In this document: positions 13,514 through 24,858 of the stretch, in pieces
Layout of the letters: each line of letters begins with the position of its first letter
Numbering within the stretch: position 1 is the first letter of the stretch
Source: Tilletiaria anomala UBC 951
Taxonomy: Eukaryota
NCBI RefSeq assembly: GCF_000711695.1
Contig: NW_013547013.1
Location: 186,001 to 250,000 of the forward strand
Length of the DNA stretch: 64,000 nucleotides
Reading direction: 5' to 3'
Made by a program: the position numbers and the translations under genes
Notes under the pieces: model-generated
What the model was told of the DNA's origin: nothing
What the model saw: only the letters and a program-made list of their open reading frames with translations
Databases searched by the model: none

Positions 13514-14663
13514 ATGGCGGACGTTGAGCGAGCATTCTTTAGGGTCGAGGGCCTGTCGGGACCCCAATGGGCTTCCTGGTCCGGCATGACCTTTGATCTC
13601 GCACGAGGCGATATTCTGTTGCTCCGCGGCGAGAGTGGCTCAGGGTGAGCACTTGCATTTCGCAATCTTCCGCACTGAGTGAACGAACGAGGATGACTAA
13701 TAGTTTCACATCAGGAAAACTACATTGCTCAAGGCTCTCGCCGATCTTCTGCCAAGCGACGGAGGCAGCATCGTGCTCCAAGGGCGGCCACATGCATCCT
13801 TGCCGCCGCATATATATCGTTCCCGTGTCCTATACGTGCCTCAGCGACCGTCGATTCTACCAGGGTCACCGCGTGACTTCCTCGATATGGTGTACGACTT
13901 TTCCGCGAATCGCGACCTTGGACCGCTTCCGGAAGTGGAAGACCTGAGCGAACGAGATACAGAGGCTGCTGTGACGGCCGACGGTGCATCGCTGAATGCA
14001 CATGGATGGAAGATCGAAGAAGCAGAAATCCCTCTCGAGAGTACGAGCACGGCAGACGACGCAAGCAGCATTCGTTCTGGTTCATCAGCGCGCAACAACT
14101 CGAGAGACAGGCCCACAGTTGACACGCGGTCCCTGCGTCGCGCCGCCAGCAAAAGCTTCTCGCGCGCGCCAACAATACCCAACGACCCAATCTTCCTGTC
14201 TAGTGCCGAGTGGGGCTTGCCGACAAGCGTGTGGGATCGCGAGTGGAGCCAGATCAGTGGTGGCGAGGCGCAGCGGGTGGGCCTTGCGGTACCGCTCTGT
14301 CTCATCGGTGGCAAGCGAAAAGGCGATGGCGTACTATTGCTCGACGGTGAGTCTCCTGATGGAAAGGCGTGGAAGCTGAAATCAAAAAGTTTCTGAAAGC
14401 GAGCGCGGTCGATATTTGTAGAACCAACATCCGCACTCGACAGTCGCACGGCAGCCGCCGTGGAGAAAACGCTACTCCTTTCACGGACTGCTTTGACCCT
14501 CATTTGGATCACCCACTCCGAAGACCAGGCAAGACGAATCATCACGCTCGTAGACGAGGATAATCACCGTCGGCGAGGTTCACCAGCAAAGTACGACGAT
14601 GACCTACCGCGGGAACGTAAAGTGTTTGTACTGTCCTTGTCAGCATCGTCGCTCCAAAACTAA
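13514..14663 (+). CDS. Stand-alone ABC ATPase subunit (FetA/YbbL, plant STAR1-like); introns 13645-13714 and 14348-14421
   Basis: Walker A GESGSGKT (split by intron 1), Q-loop YVPQ, signature ISGGEAQR, Walker B/D-loop LLLDEPTSALD (split by intron 2), H-switch WITHS. No transmembrane segment. Confidence 0.88.
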
Positions 14664-14756
14664 AACTATTACGTGGAAAGGCATCTCATGCTGTCTTGTA
14701 TGCAAGTCAAAGTCTATTTATAATATAGAAGTTGATTGGGCGAGGTGCTCTATAGA

Positions 14757-17700
14757 TCAGAAGAAGACAACTATGCGCTCGAGGTCCCATCCGAGTGCTG
14801 CGAGGCCAACGGCGACAATTCTCTCCATCGGTGGCGGTCCACAAACGAGTGCGATGGTACCTTCAAGCTCGTCGGAAGTCTGCAATTTGGCTGGGGGTGG
14901 AGGCATGTGCTGCTGCAAGATTTGCTCGTTGACTCTCCCTCGGCCCATCGGCCACTCTGGTGCGCATTCGCCAGAAAGGATGTGCCAAAGCTTGATCCTG
15001 CCGTTGGATTGCTTGACGACTTCATCGATGTGCGTGCGTGCGAGGATGTTGGACTCTGTACGGTTCGCATCAACGATCCAGACGTTGACGTCGCTCTCTG
15101 GTCCATTGTCGAAGATGCCTTTGAGGGTTGACCAGCACGGAGTGAAACCAGAGCCACCGCAGATCATGGCGACGTTTTAACCTTGCGCTCTTTCCCCTTC
15201 CACTTAATTTGACCGTTACCAAGGTATGTGAAGCTCCCTAGAGGGCCTTTGAGCTCGACAAAGTCCTCTCCGGCTTTCAGATTATCGATTGCTACGCTCA
15301 TCTTCCCACCCTGAGGGAGTGCCGTGGAGGGGAAGTAGACCTTGATAAGGATGTCGATGTATCCGCGCAGCTCGTTGTTGGAGAAGGGTGTGTATGCGTG
15401 CTGCACGATCTCTTCTTCCTTGCCACCAGCACTTTTGGCTTTGAGACGCACGTAGAGATGCTATCCGATCGGCAGACCGGGCTCCTGATCTGGATGGTCG
15501 AGAGCAAAGCGGAAGACCCGTGAATCGCCCGAAATTGTCTCCTTGGAAACGAGCTTAGACTTCTTCCATTTCTTTGGATTGAGGAACGACTGCGTAACGT
15601 CATCGTTCTCTTCAGATATAGACGGCGCGGCAAGACCGTCACTGTCGAGAATGCCCAGGTGCAATGGACGCATCTTCTTCTTAGCGTCCATCGAATGAAT
15701 GGCCATGAAGTCATCCGTCGCATCCTCGCCCGCGACAAGAGCGATCGATTCAACTCCACCTGGATGCTCGGCCAAGAAGCTGGTACCGTCAAACACATGG
15801 CCTTTGATGACAAACCTGGCGCCAGGGAATGGCAGATGAGAAACATCATTCGTCGCACCAATTGCCAATTCTTAGGAACTTACCATGGACTTCGCTCGTT
15901 TGCGTGGTCCGCAACCTGAGCTGCAGTGATCCTCACCGTCCGCTTCTCTACATCTGTCATGATCTCCACCTCATCCACTTCCTGTGAGGCTTTGCGTCAC
16001 CTGGCCCTGCAGGGCCTTCCTGTGGACCGGACATTGCTGTCTCGCCGAAGATCGGATAGCGAATATTCTGGCCATTGTCTTTGAGCCTCTGCATCCAGCC
16101 CCCATTGGTGTTGCCAGCGACTGTCGGGTGCTCGAAGACGATCTTGTTATTGTCAGGGTTACGCAGCACCGCAACTCTGTGCCAGCAACCGTTCATCGTG
16201 CCCGTGGCGTTCCATGCAAGATCTCGCGGCATCTGAGCCAAACCTTCGTCCGTCGCTCGGATCGTGATAACGCTCGCGGCTGCGAGTCGCTGGATCGGCA
16301 CCCGAAGCTCCAAAAACACCACGTGAATGACATCTCGCTTGTGGAAAGATCCAGCGTGCCAAAGTAAGGATGGTGTCTAATCGGGTTGAGACGGTACAAA
16401 TCTTCTGGAAAGTCGAGCTCTGCCAGCTGCCACGAGTCGCCATCGTCAAGGGAGATCTCAGCGCGCGAAATGCGCTTGCCACCGCCCGTGTATGCGTAGC
16501 CCTGCAGGTCGTAAAAACCTTTGCTGTCCGCCTCGATGGTCTCATTGTGTGCCGGGCACGCGATAGCCGCGTTGACGTTCACATTGTAAATAATGTATTT
16601 GGGATTGTACCACCAGTGGTCTTCCGTGCGGGCTTGGTCTGTCGTCACTTCTGCTGGTAAGACTTTGTTATCTTGGAAGTGGAGATGATGCTGACACTCC
16701 TTGTCTGATACCTCGACGCGGTTGAGCCATTTCACCATGCGACCGCCAATTTGACCCGGCACGACCAGACGCAAAGGAAATCCATGGTCAGGAGTGAATG
16801 CTTTGCCGTTCCTTCCCCATGCAATCAATATGCCCTTTCTGCGGTCGAGACAGTGGACCAGGCGCTGACTGGTGCCGTATTTGCCGTTCGGAAGCTCGTC
16901 GATGCATTCGAAAACCACGTGGCGACTTCTGCCTGGCGTGTCGCGATCCCATGAGTAGGCTGCGGCGGGTCGCTTGGGCTTGCAGTAATTCAATACATCA
17001 GCAAGTAAGACACCAGTGAAAAGTCATGCGAAGGTAAATCGAATTATTTGTCAGCTCGGTTCGAGATGGGAGATGTGCAACTCGAAAAGTGCATCTGTAC
17101 TGGTACCAGCGCTGCCCCAGTTAAATTCGAGGCCTTTCGCCACAACATTTGATCTTTTCGGCGGTTTCCAGCGCACACGAGGGTGATCGGTAGTGTTATC
17201 GTCTCGAACCGATCTTTCAGCTCTTGGATGCTGAAAGAGACCTCATTGTGTACAAGGCCGTGGATCCGTAGGCGCCAGTTAGATGCTTCCTCTGGCTCAA
17301 CACGAGGAACATAGCCGTGATTTCGGTCGAAGAAAAGTGCTGTCGGCGTGATGAATCCGCTCTTCCACAGTTCTGACAAAGGCGCTTCGACATTGAGCGG
17401 GTGTTTACCTCTAAGTCGGATCCTGTGAAAAGTGAGAGCGTATCTACATTAGAGGGGTGGAAAGATGAATTACGCTCATGAGACATACATGCGTTCATCT
17501 TATGGAACCCAAGCATCTGGAGTTCCCTTGTCCACATCAAGTTTTTGAAGTGTACCACCAGCAGGTACGGGGGGAAGTCTTTCGTGGTATTCGGTCGGAT
17601 ATTCATCCTCGTAGTCGGTGTCGTCTGTGCCCCTGCTAATGACCTCGCTAGTCGAAGAAGACGAGGATCCCTCTTTGCCGCTTGAGGGGCCTACCTGCCA

Positions 17701-17814
17701 GATGGATGGCTCGGCTGACGAAGTCATAAACGTTATAGGCGTTGAGACACCTGCGCTATCTTCGCTGCTGCTATCCAGGAAGGTCGCGATGGCTAATTCG
17801 GGAGAAGGCGACAT
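14757..17814 (-). pseudogene. niaD: Assimilatory nitrate reductase (Moco / cytochrome b5 / FAD-NAD(P)H domains), disabled
   Basis: Recognisable motifs: GKHPLNVEAP, RNHGYVP, LVCAGNRR, DHGFPLRLVVPGQIGGRMVKWL, GYAYTGGG, HPGG...AIHS, YTP, MICGGSGFTP, CGPPPM. Lesions: TAA 17500-17502; TAG 15461-15463; frameshifts near 17149, 16306, 15987 and 15176; intron 17026-17094 lacks GT/AG ends. Confidence 0.9.
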
Positions 17815-19435
17815 AATTGCAGGACCGGTGGCTGCTTCCCTTTAGCGGGCTAACTGTGTCACGGCAATGGCCTGGCGATGGAACCCTAGCATCCAGCCAT
17901 GAATGAAAAAGAAGGTGTTGCGCTCACAATGCCGTTGGGCAATTGGCAAAAGTCGCAGGCGTTGCAGTCCTGGATTCAGTGTTCGGTATTCCAGTATTCG
18001 GTATGCAGGATTGACATTGATATAGCATGCTGCGTGCAGAGTGCCCTTAACCTCCAATGCATTCAAGGGGCCTGGTTTTCCGTCACTGAAGATGTGCAAA
18101 AAGCGAGGGAAGGCGGGGCACCGTCTTAAGACTGGCCACCCGCAATACCTTCGTGATTTAACACCCTCCAAACCCCCGGTACTCAGCAACTCCAAGGCTG
18201 CTCCCAGCGGCTATTCTGGGCCATCTTCAGGGCTTCAAACGAGTAGTTTGATCACCTACCAGCCACCAGATGTTAGCAGAGATAAGCAGGTTGTCGGTTG
18301 CCCTGGGTTGCACAATTGCCCTGGGTTGCACAATTGCCCTGGGTTGCCCTTGCCTACGAAAGTAGTGATACGACAGAAAAGGACAGCAAGAATGTGAGAA
18401 CTTGGCAACCGATCGTGCGCAGGCCACTTGACTTGGAACGTACTAGTAGGTGCTTGGCGGTCCCAGGTTGTTTATTGTAGGCCCTCACACTGCTGTGCAC
18501 ATCTCCGTGGAAGTCTGTAAGTGACATCCGGCAGTTGCAGGTGGGCTGCCACTGTGGCACTGGCGACGTAAATCAGCCCAGATCCCAGGGTGGCACATTA
18601 AGGCGTTGTTGAGTGCGATGAGACCCCGGTGCTTGGGTGACAGCCCCCTGACCCCGAAAACCTAGGTAGGCCTAGAGTGAATATCTCCAGAGATCAACCG
18701 GTCATCGGTGAGATAAAGAATGCGAGATGTCACTTGTCGGTAAGCAGGCAAGTATGCCGTTCGGCGCAATGAACAGCATGATTAGCAACTGCATTGAGAT
18801 TAAGTGTGGAGTGCTTTCACTTTTTGTGAAAGGGAACGTCAGACGGGGTTTCAGGTATCAATAAATCCAAAAAAAACTGTCCCATGATGTTCACATTTTC
18901 CTCACTATTAAGAGGCCGCCTTTCTGCACATTTTTCGGATTCCGGGCACTCTCTCGTCAAAATGGAGGTACCTTCCCCACAACCTCATTCGCGCTTGACA
19001 CACTCTTATACAATGTACTTATCCCTATCTTCTGACAGCAAGTGCCTCTCTCACAAGGAAGTCTGGAGTCCAGCCAGGTCTGAGCTCTTCCCCACTCGAA
19101 GTAGCCAAGGCAGGACAGCAGTAAATGTCCTTTTGAGTTCCCACTCGTATTTGGATTTAGCTTCGAAGTTTGAGAGCGAAGGCTCTCCGATCTCCACTTC
19201 GTGACTGTTGGGTCTCGAAGGGATGTTACAGGCTCTACACTGGCGATTGATGAGTGCATACATAGAAAGAACTGAGCCACATGTTAATTAACCCGTGAAA
19301 CCATCCCTAGGTGTTCCAATTGCCATTGTTTACCATTGATCTTCTTACCTTGCCTTTCTACAAGTACTCTGGTCCACCTGCTATCATCCGATGCGGTGAC
19401 CTCTAGGCGTATCGACGAACACGTACGGTCGCAAG
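17815..19435. promoter_or_regulatory. Divergent intergenic region between nitrate reductase and nitrite reductase (former bidirectional promoter)
   Basis: Lies between two head-to-head starts. Contains HGATAR-type sites (AGATAA ~18280 and ~18711, CTTATC ~19018) and CTCCGTGG at 18503-18510. Confidence 0.5.
18298..18347. repeat. 18-bp tandem repeat (TTGCCCTGGGTTGCACAA), about 2.8 copies
   Basis: Read directly: full copies at 18298-18315 and 18316-18333, partial copy at 18334-18347. Confidence 0.9.
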
Positions 19436-22400
19436 ATGGTTCCCGTTCCTTCCGAGGTGATGTACAGACGCGATGCTGCGGCTAATGGTATGCAGCGCAA
19501 GCATGCTGCTGTCGTCGGACTAGGCATGGTGGGAGTCGCCTTTATCGAAAAGCTCCTTCAGAACGACCTCGACGGGGGTCGCAACGAATGGGAAGTTGTT
19601 GTCGTTGGAGATGAGCCGCACATTGCCTACAACCGTGTCAGTCTTACATGGTGAGATAAATGCCATGGCCTAGACAATACTACGGGAATTGCCGGCTCAT
19701 GGTCCAACGACCCGATTGTAGATACTTTGCCAATCGTTCTATCGAAGATCTCCATTTCAATCCGGTGGAATGGTACAGGTCTCATGCTCCAGGCAAGCTC
19801 ACTTACCACACCGAAGATCTCGTCACATTCGTTGATACGGATGCCAAGGCCGTCCATACTTTGAAGGGCCACGTCCTCAACTATGACACCTGCGTCCTCT
19901 GCACCGGGTCCGATGCTGCTCTTCCGCCCTACATCAGCCGGGAAAAATTCGAATAAACAGCAGGAACCTTTGTCTACCGCAACATTGCAGAACTCGATGC
20001 GACGATCCATTATGCGAATACACGCAGACCCATCAAGCGAGCAGCCGTCGTCGGTGGAGGTCTCCTCGGCCTCGAAGCCGCAAAGGCACTACTAGACCTC
20101 GAGGGTGTCAAGCAGGTTGTCCTTGTCGAGCACAACAAATGGGTTCTCAGTCGGCAGCTTGATGCCGAAGGAGGTCGAATGCTCGTCGAAAAGGTCCGCA
20201 GTATGGGTGTTGAAGTGCTCTTGCAGGCACGGGTCCGAGACCTGCTCTTCTCTAGCGCGGAGGAGGAAGATGAGGGAAGAGAGCGCCTCAGAGGCATCTT
20301 GCTGGAAGGGGAATCGGGGGATTGGGAGTACCAACTGGACAATATCGTCTTTGCAGTCGGCATCAAACCACGAGATGAAGTGGCTGTTGCATCGAATCTT
20401 GAAGTCGCTTCTCGTGGAGGAATCGCAGTTCATGATCACATTCAATCCTTGGCAGACGATGTCTATGCAATTGGCGAGTGCCCAAGCTGGAAAGGCGAGC
20501 TATGGGGACTCATCGGCCCGGGAATTACTATGGCCTACATCCTCGCCTTCAACCTGACGGAAGGTCCGATTCACTCAATGCGCACAATGTCACCTCCGGA
20601 CGTGAGCACCAAGTTGAAACTCATGGGTGTCGATGTCACCAGTTTCGGCCAGTACTTTGCGGACCAAGGCAACATCACAGGAGCGTTGCCGGGCTCGAAG
20701 TGTTCTGGCGCTCGCAGCAATGGTGAGGGTGACGCTCCACTTGTCAAGGCACTTACCTACTGTGATCCTTTTCGGAGATCTACAAAAAGTACATATTCAC
20801 GGCAGACGGTAAATACGTCGTGGGTGGAATGATGGTGGGCGATGTCAGCGACTTCACCAAGCTCGTATCATTGGCGGCCAAGGGCAAGCCAATCGAGAAG
20901 CCACCCTCAGAATTCATCGTTGGCGCAAAGAAGGAAGAAGAGGACGAGGCTGCTGACTTGGATGATAACGCGCAGATCTGTTCCTGCCATAACGTCACCA
21001 AAGGTGCAGTCATCAAGCAAGTCAAGGCGGGATGCCGAGCCATTGGCGACCTCAAGTCCAAGACCAAGTGCGGCACTGGCTATGGTAGTTGCATGCCACT
21101 TGCAACGTCCATCTTCAACGCAGCGATGAAAGCAGAAGGCGCCGAGATCAGCAACCAGATATGCCCGCACTTCAAGTATACGCGTCAGTAGCTGTTCACG
21201 ATCATCAAGTTCCGCAAACTCAGGGGTTTTACACAGATCATGCACGAAGTCGGCAACAAGCCTGACAGTCTTGGATGCGAGGTCTGCCGCCCTGCCATCT
21301 CTTCGATTCTCTCATCCCTTTTCAATGAGTTCATCCAAAAGCCGGCGCTCAAGGCGAATCTCGATACGAACGACAGGTACCTTGCCAACATCCAGCGCGA
21401 TGGCACCTACTCGGTTGTCCCACATATCTCTGCCGGTGAAGTGACCCCCGAGAAGCTCATAGCATTGGGCAACGTCTCTAAGAAGTACAATCTTTACGTT
21501 AAGATCACTGGGGGTACAAGAATTGATATGTTCGGGGCCAAGAAACAAGACTTGCCCGCCATTTGGGAGGAGCTCATCGCTTGCGGCTTCGAGTCCGGTC
21601 ACGCTTATGGAAAGTGCGTGTCTTCTTGTTATTCTTTTCATTCGCGGATATAAACACACACTGAGTGTTGCATTACTATTTTGTAGATCTCTGTGTACGG
21701 TGAAGTCCTGTGTTGGCTCTACTTGGTGTCGATATGGCGTACGTGACAGTGTCGGCCTAGCTGTGGAATTCGAAGAACGCTACAAGTCTATCCGTACGCC
21801 GCACATGATTAAGGTGGGTGCATCTCTGCAAGCCCTCATGCCATTGTTTCAAAAGGTAATGGCACTCACCGTCGTTTCTCCGCTGGCAGGGTGGCTGCAG
21901 CGGCTGTGTGAGGGAATGTGCAGAGGCACAAGAGGTGATGGAATGCCATGCTTGAGATTCCTTCAAACTGATTTACAACGTGAAATTGGGACTTGCAGGA
22001 AAAGACTTTGGCGTGATTGCAACACCAAAAGGCTGGAATGTCTTCGTTGGCGGAAACGGTGGAGTAAAGCCACGTCACGCAGATCTCATCGCGGAGAACG
22101 TCACCAGGCACATGGCTGTCAAAATCGTTGACCGCGTCCTTAGTAAGTTAAGCACAATGCCCTGACAGGATGTTCACGGCTTACAATATTTTGCTTGCAG
22201 TGTACTACATCCGTGATGCAGATAAGCTGCAGCGCACGGCGCGATGGATTGCACAGCTTCCAAACCGCGTCCAGACGCTCAAGGATGTCATCATCGACGA
22301 CAAACTCGGCATTTGTGCAGAGCTAGAGAAGGAGATGGACGAGCCCGTAGGCCCATTTCACGATGAGTGGGCAGAAGTCCTCAAGAATCCGGAGCGCCGC

Positions 22401-23141
22401 AGGGCCTTTCGTCAATTCGTCAACACGTCGGACAACCAGATGACCATCGAGCGAGTGCAGGAGCGACACTCTGAGCGCCCCGCGGATTGGCCAGAAGATT
22501 CGGGCCCTCTCAAGTTCTCGCGGAAAGACATTGTCCAGACCGCAAAGTGGGAATGGCGCAAGGTCTGTCGGTACGAGGACCTCGAGTCGCAGGAGAACGT
22601 TCCGAGCTCGGCTGTCATCAAGTATGGTGATGTGCAAATCGGGATCTGGAACCTTCCTGGCAAAGGCCTACGTGCTGCGCAGAAAATGTGCCCACAGAAG
22701 CGAGCTTTTATCCTTGCAGATGTACTTGTTGGCGAGGATGCCAGCGGCCGTCCGTACGTCTCGTACCCTTTGCACAAGCGTCGCTATAATCTCTCGGCCA
22801 AGCCCGAGGAAGAAAGTGGATTCTGTGATGATGCCGACTTTCAGGTCATGACGTTTGAGGCGAAACTCTCAGACGACGGCGAGACGGTTCTGCACAACCT
22901 CCCAGACACAGATTCGCTCGATGCAGTGCTCAGCACCACCAAGTGGATGATCAGAAAGGCGCAGGAAGAATTGGATCTGCTGTCTTCGCATGTTGGCAGC
23001 CATGGCGTGGAGATCGCTGGGCCCTCGGAAGCAATACAAAAAGAGGGCAGACAAGGGTCTCAGGTAGGTGACTCTAGCGGAAAAATCAGCTGCTCGGACG
23101 GCAGAAACTATATTGGTAAAAAGAACAAGCTCCCTCAATAA
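19436..23141 (+). pseudogene. niiA: NAD(P)H-dependent siroheme nitrite reductase (NirB-like plus C-terminal Rieske/NirD-like domain), disabled
   Basis: Motifs: [92 protein letters not shown]. Lesions: TAA 19954-19956; TAG 21189-21191; frameshift near 20770; probable spliced TGA across intron 19651-19721; ligand substitutions. Start codon approximate. Confidence 0.9.
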
Positions 23142-24858
23142 GCGCATTCATTTTCCAATGTATACAAGAAGTCCATTCTCGTTTCCGTACACACGTATCC
23201 TCATCGCCAGTCGCCGCGTCGCTCAAGGGAAATGCTCGATCGCTTTTTGCTATCTGCCCCTAACTCTATGGAGTATGGACGTTAAACGATGAACATGACT
23301 GTGACCAATGACTTTCGTTGGTAATCCGCTACTCTCCCGTTCCCACTGTACTCGAACGAGTCTCAATGTGAATGGGTTTCAAGAACGCATCAAGCCTCAT
23401 TGCGTGTACCACTGCAAACCAGTTAAGACGCGGCTGAAGGGTCGCAAATTTAAAATCAATGACTTCGTGGAAAAACAGAGCTTGGTAAAAGTTTGGCTTA
23501 TCGGAGCACCATTTCGTGTAATTTTAATGATGGTCCATCGATCATCTACATATCATGCCTCCATTATGCTTTTGCTGCTGCCAAGGGCGTTCCTTTAAAA
23601 ATATTCAATCTTGGAGCCGCCACTCCAATCCTGTCGCGATTGTCATCAATGTTGTTTGTGTGATATTGAGCACCTGAGGACAGTACTGAACGCTGACATC
23701 TAACACACGGGTTGATTCGTGCGTTGGAAAGGTACAGTGACGTCACTCCGTGCGTGTGAGTCAGAGAGAGCTGCAATGCGACGAACTGTTTAGATTTTTG
23801 GCCTATCTTTCTTTGGCATCGTCAATCGCCAGCCTCTTAGATAACTCCCGAAGCTCGCGGGTATGTATAATATGTATGCTCTCTCTAAATTGCAGCCATT
23901 ATGGCGACTGTTTGGTGGAGATCTAGAAGCATTGAGCATGAAGGGCCTGGGCGGACTTGAGCTATGATGAGTAGCTCTGAAAGCCGCAAGCCCTCGTTGC
24001 AAATTGCAGGCTCCTTGTCTCAAGGTCGTCGCTCTTTACACTTCACATTGATCGGAGACTTGGAATTTACGTACACTTGGCTGCCGGGCTTCTACAATGT
24101 ACAGATCCTGAACACTCGGTGTATACTCGGCACTGTGCAGGGCCCCATCATTGACCATTTCTCCACGTTTCTCTACACCCCAATCTCAGGTGTGCATGGC
24201 GCATCGTTTCGGGCCTGGAGGAACAAAGCCCTACCACTGCGGCACTTCCCTCTTACAGTTACTAGAATACAAGATGCGGGATGACTTTGCGCCCCAAGTG
24301 CATACTACATGGTCAAAAAGGTTCGGCTGTAGTAGAGCGCAGGATTTGCTTGTGAACGCATTAAAAATGCCTTCAGCGTGTGAGAACGGCGAAACGGAGA
24401 AAGCCAGAGGAAACGTCCCTACCCGCAGCATCTCCCATTAACCTCCCTGTGTACTTATGTACATCCCTATGAACTGTTCCATCCTGAATAACCAGGAAAT
24501 CTGGATCCTAAATCTTGTCTCCAGTCTCTGCGACCTTGACCACCGGGTTTCACAGGGTGACTGTCGCTGGATAGCAAGACGTAAAGACGGACTTCCTGCA
24601 TTCCAAGACGCACTATCAAACCATTCTCTTTACACGGGTCCCAGAATGATTTTGGTTTTGTGCCACTGCTGGTATGTATTGCTGCATTCCACTTGTTACT
24701 CTCGTTGTGATCTTCTTGATGACTCGTGTGGAATATAAGGTCGCTATTTGCACCCTCCATTAGATCTTTTGCGGATTAGGGCATCTGTCGCGCGGTAAAA
24801 GGTTTGATATATTGCTCTATATAGAGCCGTCAACAAAAACGTCATCCAACGGCGCAAC

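Noticed and set aside
17026..17094. U12-type AT-AC intron in nitrate reductase
   Set aside because: It lacks the ATATCCT 5' consensus, and the best-fitting 3' end is AT. Mutated GT-AG ends in a pseudogene are the simpler explanation.
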